IMG/VR virus record: IMGVR_UViG_3300012927_000093
Location: 1-62,268 of that record
DNA: 62,268 nucleotides
Source: a virus
Lineage: Duplodnaviria; Caudoviricetes
Reading direction: 5' to 3' (one strand)
The translations under genes were made by a program, and so were the position numbers. Below are positions 17,629 through 26,861 of this stretch, in pieces. The notes below the pieces were generated by a model. The model had not been told where the DNA came from. It saw only the letters and a list, made by a program, of their open reading frames with translations, and did not search any database. Position 1 is the stretch's first letter. Each line of letters opens with the position of its first letter.

Positions 17629-20600
17629 CGCTTCTGCCGCCCGATCGCCGCCGTGAGCTGCTGGTTGTTCTTCTTGATCTCGTAGCGGATCTTCTGCTCG
17701 ACGCCGTCGATGTAGCAGTGCACGTGGGTGTCACCACCACCACCGCCCGCGCTGCCCTGGGCCGACGCGGCCGGCAATGTGATCGGTGCGGTGCCGGCGT
17801 TGAACGACGCGCCGGATCCGGCCTGCCCGAGCAGCCCCATCTTCCCGAGCATCGCCGTGGCCTCGGCGTTCGCCGCCGACGCCAAGCCGGCCGAGGTGAG
17901 GCTGGTGATGTTCAGCGCCGACTTGATCCCGTTGGCCAGGTTGGTGCCGTACACCGTTCCGGCCGCCGTTCCGGCCGTGGCCATGGTGCCGGTCACGGCG
18001 CTGGCCACCGTGCTGGCGTTGCTCTGCGCGGACTTCACGGTGCTGCCCAGGAAGTTCGAGAAACCGACCCCGAAGCCCTCCATCAGCCCCTCGCCGGCCT
18101 CGATACCGAACAGCGACGGAGACGCGACCTTGGCGCCCTTCTTGACCGCCTTGCCGACCGCCTCGCCGGCCTTCTCTCCCGCGTCGACCGCGGCCGGGGT
18201 GCCCTTGCCGATGCCGCCAGCGACACCCTTCATCAGGTCCGCGCCGGCAGGCGGGCCGGCCGACGATGCCGTCTTGTGGGCTGCCTGACCCGCCTGCTGG
18301 GCGGCCGACGAGGCAGCGCCGGCGGCTGCTGGCGCGCCCTGGCCAATACCGCTGGCCATGCCTTTCATCAGCGCCGCGCCGCCCGCGGAGAACGCCGGGG
18401 CTCCCGCCTTGACCGCGTTCGACGCCTGGGAGACGCCTTGTGTCACAGCGGCGACGACGCCGCCCATGCCGCCCTTGACGGCGCCCTGCATGCCGGTCAT
18501 GCCTGACTTCATGGCGCCGGTCATCTTGCTGGCACCCTGGGTCACCCCGGCCGCCGCGCCGGCCATGCCGCTGCGCACCGAGCCCTGGATGCCCGACATC
18601 GATGACTTCATCGACTGGTTCATCTGGCTGGCGGCCTTGGAGACGTTGTTCGCCGCCTGACCGATCTGCCCGGTGCTCTTCAGCACGTCGCCGAAACCCT
18701 TGGTGGCGTCCATGCCCAGTTGCTTCAGCCCGGCACCGGCGTTGTGCAGCGCCGTCCCCAGGGTCTTCCCCAGGGCCTGGGCCACGGAGCCGACGGCGGA
18801 CCCGGCACTCTTCGCCAGCGCGCCGAAACCGGCCGCCCCCTGCTGGGCCATCTGGCCGAACATCTTGCCGACCGACTTGATCGAGTCGCCCATGTGGTTG
18901 AACGCGGACTCGACCTTGCCGACGTCCTTGCCGACCTCGGAGGCAACCTTGCCCATCGCCGAGACGATGGCGCCGGCGGTGCCGCCCATGGCCTTACCCA
19001 GGGCCTGCGCCTTCTCCCCCAGCGACTGCAGCGCGTTACCCGCCGCGCCGGCGGCCTTCGGGGTTTGAGACATCGTGTTGTTGTTGGACTGGTTCTCCCG
19101 GTCCGCCTCGGCGATGGACTTTGCGTCCTGCTCGGCGGCCTTCGCCTGCGCGAGAATCCCAGCGGCGGCCTTTTGCGCCTCGACGGAGCCGGACGCCATC
19201 GCCTTGTTCAGGTCATGCTGAGCCTGAGCGACCTGGTCTTCACGCGTCTTGAGCTGCCCCAAATCCTTCTCTAGGCCCTGGGCGGAGTTGCCGAACTGGT
19301 CGATGCCCTTGGCGCCCTGCTGCGCGCCTTGGCCGGCCTGCCCCAAGCCCTTGCCGGCGTCGGCGCCCTGCTTGCCGACGTCGCCCAGGCCCTTCGCCAC
19401 CTGCGGCAACTGCTGACCGAGCTGCTGGACCGACTTGGACAGATCCTCGGTGCTACGGCTCAGCCCGTCGAGGCTCTTCATCAGGCCCTGCGCGGCGGTG
19501 CCCTCGCCCGCCATCGCGCCGCCGGCGCCGCCACCTCCGCCGCCAGAGGACGAGGAGAGACCCGCGTTGGCGCCCGCGGCGGACGCGGCTGCCTGCGCCA
19601 CCTTCGCCAGCGCGGCGGCCAGGTCGTTCGCCGCCTTCGCCGCCAGGATCATGTCCGCGGTCAGGATCTTGATGTCCGCGTCGAGGATCTTGATCGCGGC
19701 ATCGAGATTGTTGGTGTCGGTGAGGAGATCCTTGAAGTCCTTGTCAACCGTGGTGGTTGCCTTGTCGAGCAGGCCGAACTCGGCCACCAGATCCTTCAGA
19801 TCCTTGAGCAACGCCTTGACGTCGTCATCGATCTTGAGGAAGTCCTTGTCGAGCTGCTGCAAGTCCCTGTCGAGGATCTTGGCGGCGTCGTCGAGGTTCT
19901 TGAAGGCGGTGATCAGAATGTTGACCGCATCGCTGAGCGTCTTGACGTCGGCGGCCAGCTTGGTCACGTCGTCGTGCACGGCCATCAGCGCCGTGTTCGC
20001 GTCCTGCGCCGCCTGCTTGAGCGTGCCCAGCTGCGCCGCGGTAGCCGAGCTGTTGTCGCCCAGGGACTGAACCGGCGGGGACACGTCTTGGGCGCCCTGC
20101 TGCAACGACTTCAGGTTCGGGGCGGCGTCCTGCGCGTTCGAGCCCAGCGTCTTAACGTGCGGGTGCGCGCCCTGGGCGGTCTTGCCCAAGTTCTGCACCG
20201 GCGGGGTGGCTTGCTTCGCTGCGTCACCCAAGTCCTTCACCGGTGGCGCGGCCGCGGCGGCGGCGGCTCCCGCGTCCTGCAGCGCCTTGGCCGCATTGTC
20301 CGCAGGCGGCGTGACGCCAGTCATGGAGTCGGCCATGTCCTGGGCGTTGCCGCCCAAGGTCTTGACCGATGACGCGGCGGCGTCGGCCGGCTTGCTGACC
20401 AGACCAAGAGCTGAGCCGATGGCGTCCAGCAACGGCTTCAGGGGCGTCAGCACGGGGCCAAGGAGCCCCAGGGTCTTGACGAACCCGCCGATGATGTCGG
20501 CAAGAACGGCGATAGCTTTGCCGATGGCGACAAAGCCGGTGACCATCCAGGAGAACACCTCACCGAGGAACGTGAAGACCTGGATCACGGCCTTGATCGC

Positions 20601-22580
20601 CGAGGTAATCTCCGGGCCATCAGCCTTGATCGTGTCGGCCAAGCTCTGGAACGCCGGCCCGCACTCCGCGAGCGCGTTCATGAAGTCGGTACCCAGCTCG
20701 GTGACGATTGTGATGACCGACTTGAGCTCGCTCCCGACCGCCGACGATGCCCCAGCCACCGACCCGGAGAACTTGTTGATCTCGGCGGTGCTGTCGCCGA
20801 CGGCCTTCATGACCGCTACGCCGAGATCGGTGAAGGCACTGATCGCGGGGCGCATGGCCGGCTCGACGTCCGAGGCCATGACCCGGAAGGCGTCGGTCAA
20901 CCGGCCCATGTCCTGGATCAGCGGGGTGATCTGGCGGGCGCCGATGCTGATCAGCTCCGCGCCCAGGGCGCCCAGCTTGCCGATCAGCGCTTCGGCCGCC
21001 GGTACCGCCGCGTCCCACGCACCGGAGACCTGGTGGAACGCGGTCGCCATCTGCTGGACCGCGCCGAGGCCCGCGCCGATCAGCCCGGGGAGGGCTTTGA
21101 AGAACTGGGCGAACTGCGGCGCGAGCGTCTGGGTGATCGAGTTGAACCCGGTCGCCAGTTCCTTCAGCGACGCGACAACCGCGGGGATGGCCTGGTGTGC
21201 TACACCGGCGATCGTCTGGAACGCCTGCTTGAGCGGCACCTCGATCTGCGGGATCGCGGCCTTGACCGCGTTGGCCATGTCGACGAGCACCTGCTCGAAC
21301 GGCTTCGACACGTCGTTGATCAGCCCGCGAGCGGCCTTCGCCAGGTCGGTAAACGACGTCTGGACCTTCTTGGACCCGGTTTCCGCCGCGACCACCAGCC
21401 CGGTGATGGCGGCACCCGCCAGCAGCATCGCCCCGCCGAACCCAGCAAAGGCCGCGACCGCCACGACGCCCAGGGCCGCTACGGCGGCCATCAGCACGCC
21501 GGCCGCGATCGCGGCGATACCGGCCGCAACGGCCATGGCGACGAACGACACCGCCACAGCGGCGGCGGCGGCACCACCGGCCTGTAGCGCAGCAGCCACA
21601 CCGGCGCCGACCGCTTGCGCCGCTGTCTCTAGGGCCGCAAAACCGTTCTCAATGTCCTGGATGGCACCTGCCATGACGCTGAATCCCTGCTCAGCGTCGT
21701 CGAGTCCCTGCACGAACGCCTTGAACGACTCCTCGGCGGTCGTGAATCCTTGGGCCAGGGTGGTGACCGACGTTTCGGCGGCGTTGACCCCATCTTCGAG
21801 GGTGGTGAGGCCAGCGCTGGCGGCCCCGGCATACTGCATCACCGAGTCGAGGCCTTGCACTAGCGTGGTAGCACCGACCTCCAGGCCGGTAAGGCCGGCG
21901 CTGACCGCGGCCGCGGATTGCTCCATGGCGTTGAAACCGCCCACCACAGTGGACGTCTCCTGAGCCAGCGCCTGAACGCTGACCTCGGCCGCGTCGAATC
22001 CTGAAGCGACACCTTCGGCTGCTTTCGCGGCTGCGTCGAGGCCGTTAGGGATGGAGTCGAACACCGATACGACGCCCTCGGCCGACTTGGCGGCGGCATC
22101 CAGCCCGTTCGGGATGGCGTCAAACGCGGACGCTGCACCGTCAGCCGATTTGGCCGCGGCATCCAGCCCGTTGGGAATGGAGTCGAACGCCGAAGATGCC
22201 CCTTCGGCATCCTGAGCAACTGAGTCAATACTGGCCGCGGCGCCGTCGAACGAATCACCCGCGCCGTTGGCGGCCTTCGATACAGCGTCGAAGTCCTGAG
22301 ATACGGCATCGAGGTCGTTCGCCGTTGTGTCCGCGACTTTGCCAGCATCCGCAAGCTGGCTCGAGTCGACGTTCAGCTTGATGTCGTCGCCACTGACGGC
22401 GTCGGCCTCGGCCTTAAGGGCGGCAAGCTCCGTTTCGGCCGCGGCCACGCCATCGGTGTTGACATTCAGGGTGACGGTCTCATTGGAGAGACTTGCTATG
22501 GCGGCCTTGACTTCCGCGATGGCGTCAAGGGCCTGCTGAGCCTCCGCCAAGATCCGGATAGTCAAGTCCGATGACGCCAT
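17625..22580 (-). CDS. Tape measure protein
   Basis: 1651 aa Ala/Gly-rich helical protein after the chaperone pair; C-terminal ASPS...G..LMEGF motif. Confidence 0.93.
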   Translation of the reverse strand: MASSDLTIRILAEAQQALDAIAEVKAAIASLSNETVTLNVNTDGVAAAETELAALKAEADAVSGDDIKLNVDSSQLADAGKVADTTANDLDAVSQDFDAVSKAANGAGDSFDGAAASIDSVAQDAEGASSAFDSIPNGLDAAAKSADGAASAFDAIPNGLDAAAKSAEGVVSVFDSIPNGLDAAAKAAEGVASGFDAAEVSVQALAQETSTVVGGFNAMEQSAAAVSAGLTGLEVGATTLVQGLDSVMQYAGAASAGLTTLEDGVNAAETSVTTLAQGFTTAEESFKAFVQGLDDAEQGFSVMAGAIQDIENGFAALETAAQAVGAGVAAALQAGGAAAAAVAVSFVAMAVAAGIAAIAAGVLMAAVAALGVVAVAAFAGFGGAMLLAGAAITGLVVAAETGSKKVQTSFTDLAKAARGLINDVSKPFEQVLVDMANAVKAAIPQIEVPLKQAFQTIAGVAHQAIPAVVASLKELATGFNSITQTLAPQFAQFFKALPGLIGAGLGAVQQMATAFHQVSGAWDAAVPAAEALIGKLGALGAELISIGARQITPLIQDMGRLTDAFRVMASDVEPAMRPAISAFTDLGVAVMKAVGDSTAEINKFSGSVAGASSAVGSELKSVITIVTELGTDFMNALAECGPAFQSLADTIKADGPEITSAIKAVIQVFTFLGEVFSWMVTGFVAIGKAIAVLADIIGGFVKTLGLLGPVLTPLKPLLDAIGSALGLVSKPADAAASSVKTLGGNAQDMADSMTGVTPPADNAAKALQDAGAAAAAAAPPVKDLGDAAKQATPPVQNLGKTAQGAHPHVKTLGSNAQDAAPNLKSLQQGAQDVSPPVQSLGDNSSATAAQLGTLKQAAQDANTALMAVHDDVTKLAADVKTLSDAVNILITAFKNLDDAAKILDRDLQQLDKDFLKIDDDVKALLKDLKDLVAEFGLLDKATTTVDKDFKDLLTDTNNLDAAIKILDADIKILTADMILAAKAANDLAAALAKVAQAAASAAGANAGLSSSSGGGGGGAGGAMAGEGTAAQGLMKSLDGLSRSTEDLSKSVQQLGQQLPQVAKGLGDVGKQGADAGKGLGQAGQGAQQGAKGIDQFGNSAQGLEKDLGQLKTREDQVAQAQHDLNKAMASGSVEAQKAAAGILAQAKAAEQDAKSIAEADRENQSNNNTMSQTPKAAGAAGNALQSLGEKAQALGKAMGGTAGAIVSAMGKVASEVGKDVGKVESAFNHMGDSIKSVGKMFGQMAQQGAAGFGALAKSAGSAVGSVAQALGKTLGTALHNAGAGLKQLGMDATKGFGDVLKSTGQIGQAANNVSKAASQMNQSMKSSMSGIQGSVRSGMAGAAAGVTQGASKMTGAMKSGMTGMQGAVKGGMGGVVAAVTQGVSQASNAVKAGAPAFSAGGAALMKGMASGIGQGAPAAAGAASSAAQQAGQAAHKTASSAGPPAGADLMKGVAGGIGKGTPAAVDAGEKAGEAVGKAVKKGAKVASPSLFGIEAGEGLMEGFGVGFSNFLGSTVKSAQSNASTVASAVTGTMATAGTAAGTVYGTNLANGIKSALNITSLTSAGLASAANAEATAMLGKMGLLGQAGSGASFNAGTAPITLPAASAQGSAGGGGGDTHVHCYIDGVEQKIRYEIKKNNQQLTAAIGRQKR

Positions 22581-22583
22581 CGT

Positions 22584-23338
22584 TCACCCCAATTCCGAGC
22601 TCGAATGAATCTGGTCAGGCGAGAAGTTGCTGAAGAACGACTGGTCGAGCCAGACCTCGGCCTCGCCGATCTCGCCCTCTACCAGCTCCTCGTCCGGCTG
22701 CTCGCCGTACTTGATCAGGAACTGATCCAGCTTGAGATCCGTGCCCTTCTCGACGTGCGGAGCAACGGCGTTCAGCGCGATCAGGGCGGAGTTGTAGTCG
22801 TCACGCTTCGCCCCGATCGGGCCTTCGATCCGCTCGAAGGCGTAGAGCAAGCGGAGCTCCTTGGCCCCTACTCGCCGCCCGAACTCACTGGGGAGGCAAC
22901 CGAAAGCGATGGCGAGTCGGATGAAAGCTCGGAGGTCCGCTCGCCCTCGGAGTTTCCCTCAACGGTGGCGTCGTCCTCGTTCTCGCCGTTGAGCTCGCGC
23001 ATGTGCTGGGCCAGGAACTCGATGATGCTCGCCGGCCACTTCTTGAGCATCTTGATGCCGCTGTCGGTGTTCGGATACCTGCGGCTGCCGTCCCTGTTCC
23101 GCATTCCGATGGCGAGCAGGCGGAGGTTGACCTCTTCCATCGACAGCTCGATCTTTGTGCCATTGATCTTGTACATCGGCTTACGGTGCTCGTTCAGCTC
23201 GCCGCCGTCGAACTCGCGTAGCAGAACGGTGCGCTTCAGCTTCGGCACCGGTACGGCCCGCTCCTCGAGCTCCGGCGTCGGCACGTCGTGCGAGTCGAGA
23301 ACTGGATAGTCTTCGGTTTCAGAGCTCACAACGATCAT
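22584..23338 (-). CDS. Tail assembly chaperone pair (gpG 22868-23338 and -1 frameshifted gpGT ending at 22584)
   Basis: Slippery G GGA AAC at 22952-22958; the -1 frame is open and reads KLRGRADLRAFIRLAIAFGCLPSEF...LYAFERIEGP. Confidence 0.88.
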
Positions 23339-23358
23339 CTCCTGTTTTGTGGTGCGGA

Positions 23359-23790
23359 TCAGCCTTCAATAGCTGCATTGATGGCTTGTTCAACTGCCTC
23401 CGCGGCCATGTCGTGGCCGAGTTCGAAGGCGTCGCTCATGTAGTGCGAACCGACGATGTGCACATGGGTGAGGGAAATCCAGCCGTCCCGGCCCATGAAC
23501 GTCATTAGCGGATTGCCGTAGTTGTCCCCGCCGGTGTTCTGGATATTGGCGTAGGGCACATCTCCGGGGCTGATCACCCAGCCGTCGCCGTCGGGCTCCT
23601 TGTGCATCGACCCGGCCAACCGGCCGGTCAATTTCGGGGCCGCGTCGAACGCCGACTGGACAAACACGTCGGCACCGATACCGAGGCTTGCGGTGAGCCG
23701 CGGGGGCTCAATAGCGTTTTGGACACGATCGAGATCGTTCTTGACGCTATCGAGCCCCTCGAACACCACATCAATGCGGAGTTCGGCCAT
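23359..23790 (-). CDS. HK97 gp10-like tail completion protein
   Basis: APKLTGRLAGS...VPYA...HYMSDAF; true start at MAELRID. Confidence 0.75.
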   Translation of the reverse strand: MAELRIDVVFEGLDSVKNDLDRVQNAIEPPRLTASLGIGADVFVQSAFDAAPKLTGRLAGSMHKEPDGDGWVISPGDVPYANIQNTGGDNYGNPLMTFMGRDGWISLTHVHIVGSHYMSDAFELGHDMAAEAVEQAINAAIEG

Positions 23791-23798
23791 CAGCTGGA

Positions 23799-24578
23799 TC
23801 AGACGTAGACGACGGTCCGGGAAACGGCGACCATCGCGTTGAACGACGGGGTCGTACCCGAGATCGTGCAGACCGCGCGCACCTGGGCCGGCAGCGTGAC
23901 ACCGTTGGGCTGGGTGAGCCGCTGCGCCTGGTTCGACGTGGTGACCGCGACGAACGTGGAGCCCGCGATGTCGGTCCAGGTGGTGCCGTCCGGGGAGCCC
24001 TGCAGCTTCGCGGTCAGCGACGGGGTCGTGCCCGACACCGCGCCGACGTGCAGCTGAGCGGCCCAACCACCGGTGGTCGCGCCACCGTTGGCGGTGTTGT
24101 CCAGCGCGAGGGACGTGTTGGTCGCGGTGAGCGCGGCGATGGGGCTGGTCAGGATGAACCCGGAGTCGATCGCGCCACGGGCGTCGAACTCGGCGTCGAT
24201 GTCGACGGCGCCCTTGAGCTTGACGTCGATGTCGTACTTGGTCAGCACCGACGGCATCAGGATCGCAGGCTGGAACACCGAGCCCACCGGGGCGGCCAGT
24301 CCCGCCGGGGCGGTCAGGGTCTGGACGTCGGCGGTCTGGCCGAACCGAGCGTTGACGATCTGGTCCAGGAAGTTGTAACCGGCGGCGTAGAAACCCTTGA
24401 ACTCCAGGGACGCCTTCTGAATGCCGGCCAGGTCGTAGGAGAAGTGGTCCCCGAACACCGTGGCGTCGATCTTCGCGGCATCCCGCTTGATCTTGACCTC
24501 GTTGCCGTTGCCGGAGATGTCATATCCGTCGGCCCAGATGGCCAAGTTCCGGCCAACAAGAACGTTGCGCGTAGCCAT
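23799..24578 (-). CDS. Major tail tube protein with a C-terminal accessory domain
   Basis: DGYDISG...IDATVFGD...LAG motif, upstream of the chaperones. Confidence 0.8.
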   Translation of the reverse strand: MATRNVLVGRNLAIWADGYDISGNGNEVKIKRDAAKIDATVFGDHFSYDLAGIQKASLEFKGFYAAGYNFLDQIVNARFGQTADVQTLTAPAGLAAPVGSVFQPAILMPSVLTKYDIDVKLKGAVDIDAEFDARGAIDSGFILTSPIAALTATNTSLALDNTANGGATTGGWAAQLHVGAVSGTTPSLTAKLQGSPDGTTWTDIAGSTFVAVTTSNQAQRLTQPNGVTLPAQVRAVCTISGTTPSFNAMVAVSRTVVYV

Positions 24579-24787
24579 TATTCGGCCCCTTCATCAGTTT
24601 TGCCAGGTTGGCTAGACCCGGCGGGAGCCGGGACGATGAGCTGCCACTCGAGGTATTTCTCGGTGTCAGGGTGATCAGCCGGCCAATCGTCGCCCGGCTC
24701 GAAATGAACGTCCCGTCCCGTACGTTCATCAGTGCGGTCGAACGGCTGATTTACGACATACTTCGGCGCCGTGGCCTTGCTAGCCAT
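24578..24787 (-). CDS. Small hypothetical neck-region protein
   Basis: 69 aa, RBS AGGAG. Confidence 0.6.
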   Translation of the reverse strand: MASKATAPKYVVNQPFDRTDERTGRDVHFEPGDDWPADHPDTEKYLEWQLIVPAPAGSSQPGKTDEGAE

Positions 24788-24795
24788 GAGTTCTC

Positions 24796-25218
24796 CTAAG
24801 CGAACAGCTGGATAGCCAGCTGGAAACCCAAATACACCGTTCCGCCGACCTTGTAATTGCCGTAGCGGCTCGCGGTCAGGACTTCGATGTTGTTGCCGAT
24901 CAGATCCGACAACGCGTCGCCGACGTCCATGGCCTGTAGGCGCTGAAAGAACGGGCCATCTGGGCTGACGTAGTCATCGAGGATGTCCTGCGCCGACTCG
25001 ATGTCCTGGCGGTTGGTGATGATCTCGACCAGGAAGTTGTATTGCGTGAAACCAGGCTGGAACGACTGCTGGTAGTCGGCGTAGTTCTTGCCCTTGTCCG
25101 GCGCGATCCAGGCACACGGCACGTTCGCCGAGTCCGGAATCTTCGGGTAGATCGTCAGGTCGTCGATATTGCCGAGGCGATCCGCCAACGCTTGGCGGAT
25201 CGCCCTGACTTCGCGCAT
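24796..25218 (-). CDS. Tail terminator protein
   Basis: IRQALADRL...AQDILDDY pattern and position. Confidence 0.7.
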   Translation of the reverse strand: MREVRAIRQALADRLGNIDDLTIYPKIPDSANVPCAWIAPDKGKNYADYQQSFQPGFTQYNFLVEIITNRQDIESAQDILDDYVSPDGPFFQRLQAMDVGDALSDLIGNNIEVLTASRYGNYKVGGTVYLGFQLAIQLFA

Positions 25219-25949
25219 CAGGCCACAACCACGTCACGCAGGCCGCGCAGCAGCGCACACGCCATCGGCGAGAGTGAATGCACCACCAGGGAGCTGCGCA
25301 CGCTGCCGTACGCGCCGGTGGCCAGGCCGGTCGTGCCGGCGCTGCCGTTGGTGAAGTCCTTCGACTTGTAGTTGTCGATGGCGATGATCTGACAGGCCTG
25401 CGTGACCTGCGCCGGAACCGACGGCCAACCCCAGTTCGCGGTGATGCGGACCCGAGCACGGGGCATGCGCCCGTACAAGGTCTGCCCGTAGCCACCGCCG
25501 GGATAGCCGAAATAGCCGTTCGCGTAGCCGTATCCGTAGCCGTTGTACGGATAGCTCAGGAACGGGTGCTTACGAGCACCGGGAAAGAACTTCTGCCCGA
25601 CCGCGACCACCCGGTTGAACGGGTAGCCAGCCTGCGGTACCAGCGGCTCCGCCTGCCAATCCGACGCCGACCACAGGGTTTCGAACACCCCGTCGTTGTC
25701 GTCGTCCGTCTCGACCGTCAGCCCGACCGTGGAGGCGTACGCACCGGTCCAGACGTCGCCTGGGTAGTCCGGTGCCAGCACTCGCGCGCTCGGCATGCCC
25801 GACGACCAGAACTGGTCACGGCAATGCGTGTCGATCTGCCGCGACGCTGAAGTGATCGCCAGTTGCAGCAGATCGTCTTTCACGTCGTTCGTGATCTGCA
25901 GAGCGGACTTGAGCTGCGCGACGGTCAGATAGTCCGTGACCGTGGTCAT
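25218..25949 (-). CDS. Head-to-tail adaptor
   Basis: YLTVAQLK...AITSASRQID..C...VRITANWGWPSVP..V.QAC. Confidence 0.85.
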   Translation of the reverse strand: MTTVTDYLTVAQLKSALQITNDVKDDLLQLAITSASRQIDTHCRDQFWSSGMPSARVLAPDYPGDVWTGAYASTVGLTVETDDDNDGVFETLWSASDWQAEPLVPQAGYPFNRVVAVGQKFFPGARKHPFLSYPYNGYGYGYANGYFGYPGGGYGQTLYGRMPRARVRITANWGWPSVPAQVTQACQIIAIDNYKSKDFTNGSAGTTGLATGAYGSVRSSLVVHSLSPMACALLRGLRDVVVA

Positions 25950-25952
25950 GCG

Positions 25953-26312
25953 TTAGACCAGGTCGCCAGAAGCGACGATCGTGAAGGTCGGGGTGGTGCC
26001 TGTGACCGTCCAGGACAGCCGCGTGTACCGCTCGAGCGGGCTGAACGTCTTGGTCTGCGAGCCGTTCGCGGTGATCGCCGTGTAGCTGGCCTGCGTGGTC
26101 CAGGTGCTGTTGTCCGGGCTCGTCTGGAAGTTGATCGTGATCGACGGAGTGGTGCCGCCCACCGCCGAAGCGGTCACGGTCAGGGCGCGGCAGATTGTCG
26201 CCGAGCCGACATCTACACCGGCGGCCATGTTGCCGGTCGCGGTGATGACGGTGGACGGCAGCTTGAGCGCCTCGGTGTAGACGTAACGGCCGTCCGCACG
26301 CTGGTAAGACAT
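25953..26312 (-). CDS. Putative capsid decoration protein, paralogous to the tail tube C-terminal domain
   Basis: GGTTPSITINFQTSPDNSTW...YTRLSWTVTGTTPTF. Confidence 0.6.
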   Translation of the reverse strand: MSYQRADGRYVYTEALKLPSTVITATGNMAAGVDVGSATICRALTVTASAVGGTTPSITINFQTSPDNSTWTTQASYTAITANGSQTKTFSPLERYTRLSWTVTGTTPTFTIVASGDLV

Positions 26313-26320
26313 GGGAGCTC

Positions 26321-26536
26321 CTAAACGGGGTTCTTGCGGGGACGACCGGGGCGCCGACGCACCTCGGGGGTTTGCATGCGGCGCTCCGGGGTGAGAACCG
26401 TTTCCTGGGTGACGTATTCAGCGATGCCGGCCGACACCCACATTTGCGCCAGCTCGGCCGGCACGTCAGCTTCAGCGCCGTCCGGCAGCATGAAATTGCG
26501 GTTGGAGATCGCGGTCAGCATCCGGACGCGCGGCAC
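26321..26536 (-). CDS. Small head-region protein with a basic C-terminal RRPGRPRK motif
   Basis: Position after the capsid gene; AT-hook-like tail. Confidence 0.6.
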   Translation of the reverse strand: MPRVRMLTAISNRNFMLPDGAEADVPAELAQMWVSAGIAEYVTQETVLTPERRMQTPEVRRRPGRPRKNPV

Positions 26537-26537
26537 G

Positions 26538-26780
26538 TCAGACCTGCGGCTTCGGGATGTAGACGATGATTTCCTCAGGCGGCAACTCGCCCCTGAGGTT
26601 CCACGCGGCCGCCTTGTCGGCGTCCGTGGCGCCTTCCTGGACGAGCAGCCGGAATCCTGGGACCTCGGTGCAGTTGCCCTCAAAGTCGCGGTTCACTGAC
26701 ACGAGGCGAGCCCCGTTGTCCTCATCGAACTCGACCTTGGGCGCGGGAGCGGCCTTGGCCGCCGATTTGCGAACAGCCAT
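26538..26780 (-). CDS. Hypothetical protein
   Basis: 80 aa, RBS AAGGAG. Confidence 0.6.
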   Translation of the reverse strand: MAVRKSAAKAAPAPKVEFDEDNGARLVSVNRDFEGNCTEVPGFRLLVQEGATDADKAAAWNLRGELPPEEIIVYIPKPQV

Positions 26781-26806
26781 GACAGCTCCTTATTCAGGTG
26801 GAAACC

Positions 26807-26843
26807 ACGAACACCCCCGCCGGGGAGCAACGGGGGTGTTCGT
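26807..26843 (-). terminator. Terminator after the major capsid gene
   Basis: 13-bp inverted repeat ACGAACACCCCCG/CGGGGGTGTTCGT. Confidence 0.7.
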
Positions 26844-26861
26844 AGGTCAAGCGGGAATCGA

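Noticed and set aside
17619-21963. Long plus-strand ORFs opposite the tape measure, capsid and primase genes (e.g. 20182-21963, 26868-28793, 46263-48272)
   Set aside because: Antisense shadow ORFs typical of high-GC codon bias; no domains or RBS
22952-22958. -1 frameshift as a novelty
   Set aside because: Real, but a well-known conserved feature of siphovirus tail chaperones; listed as a feature only
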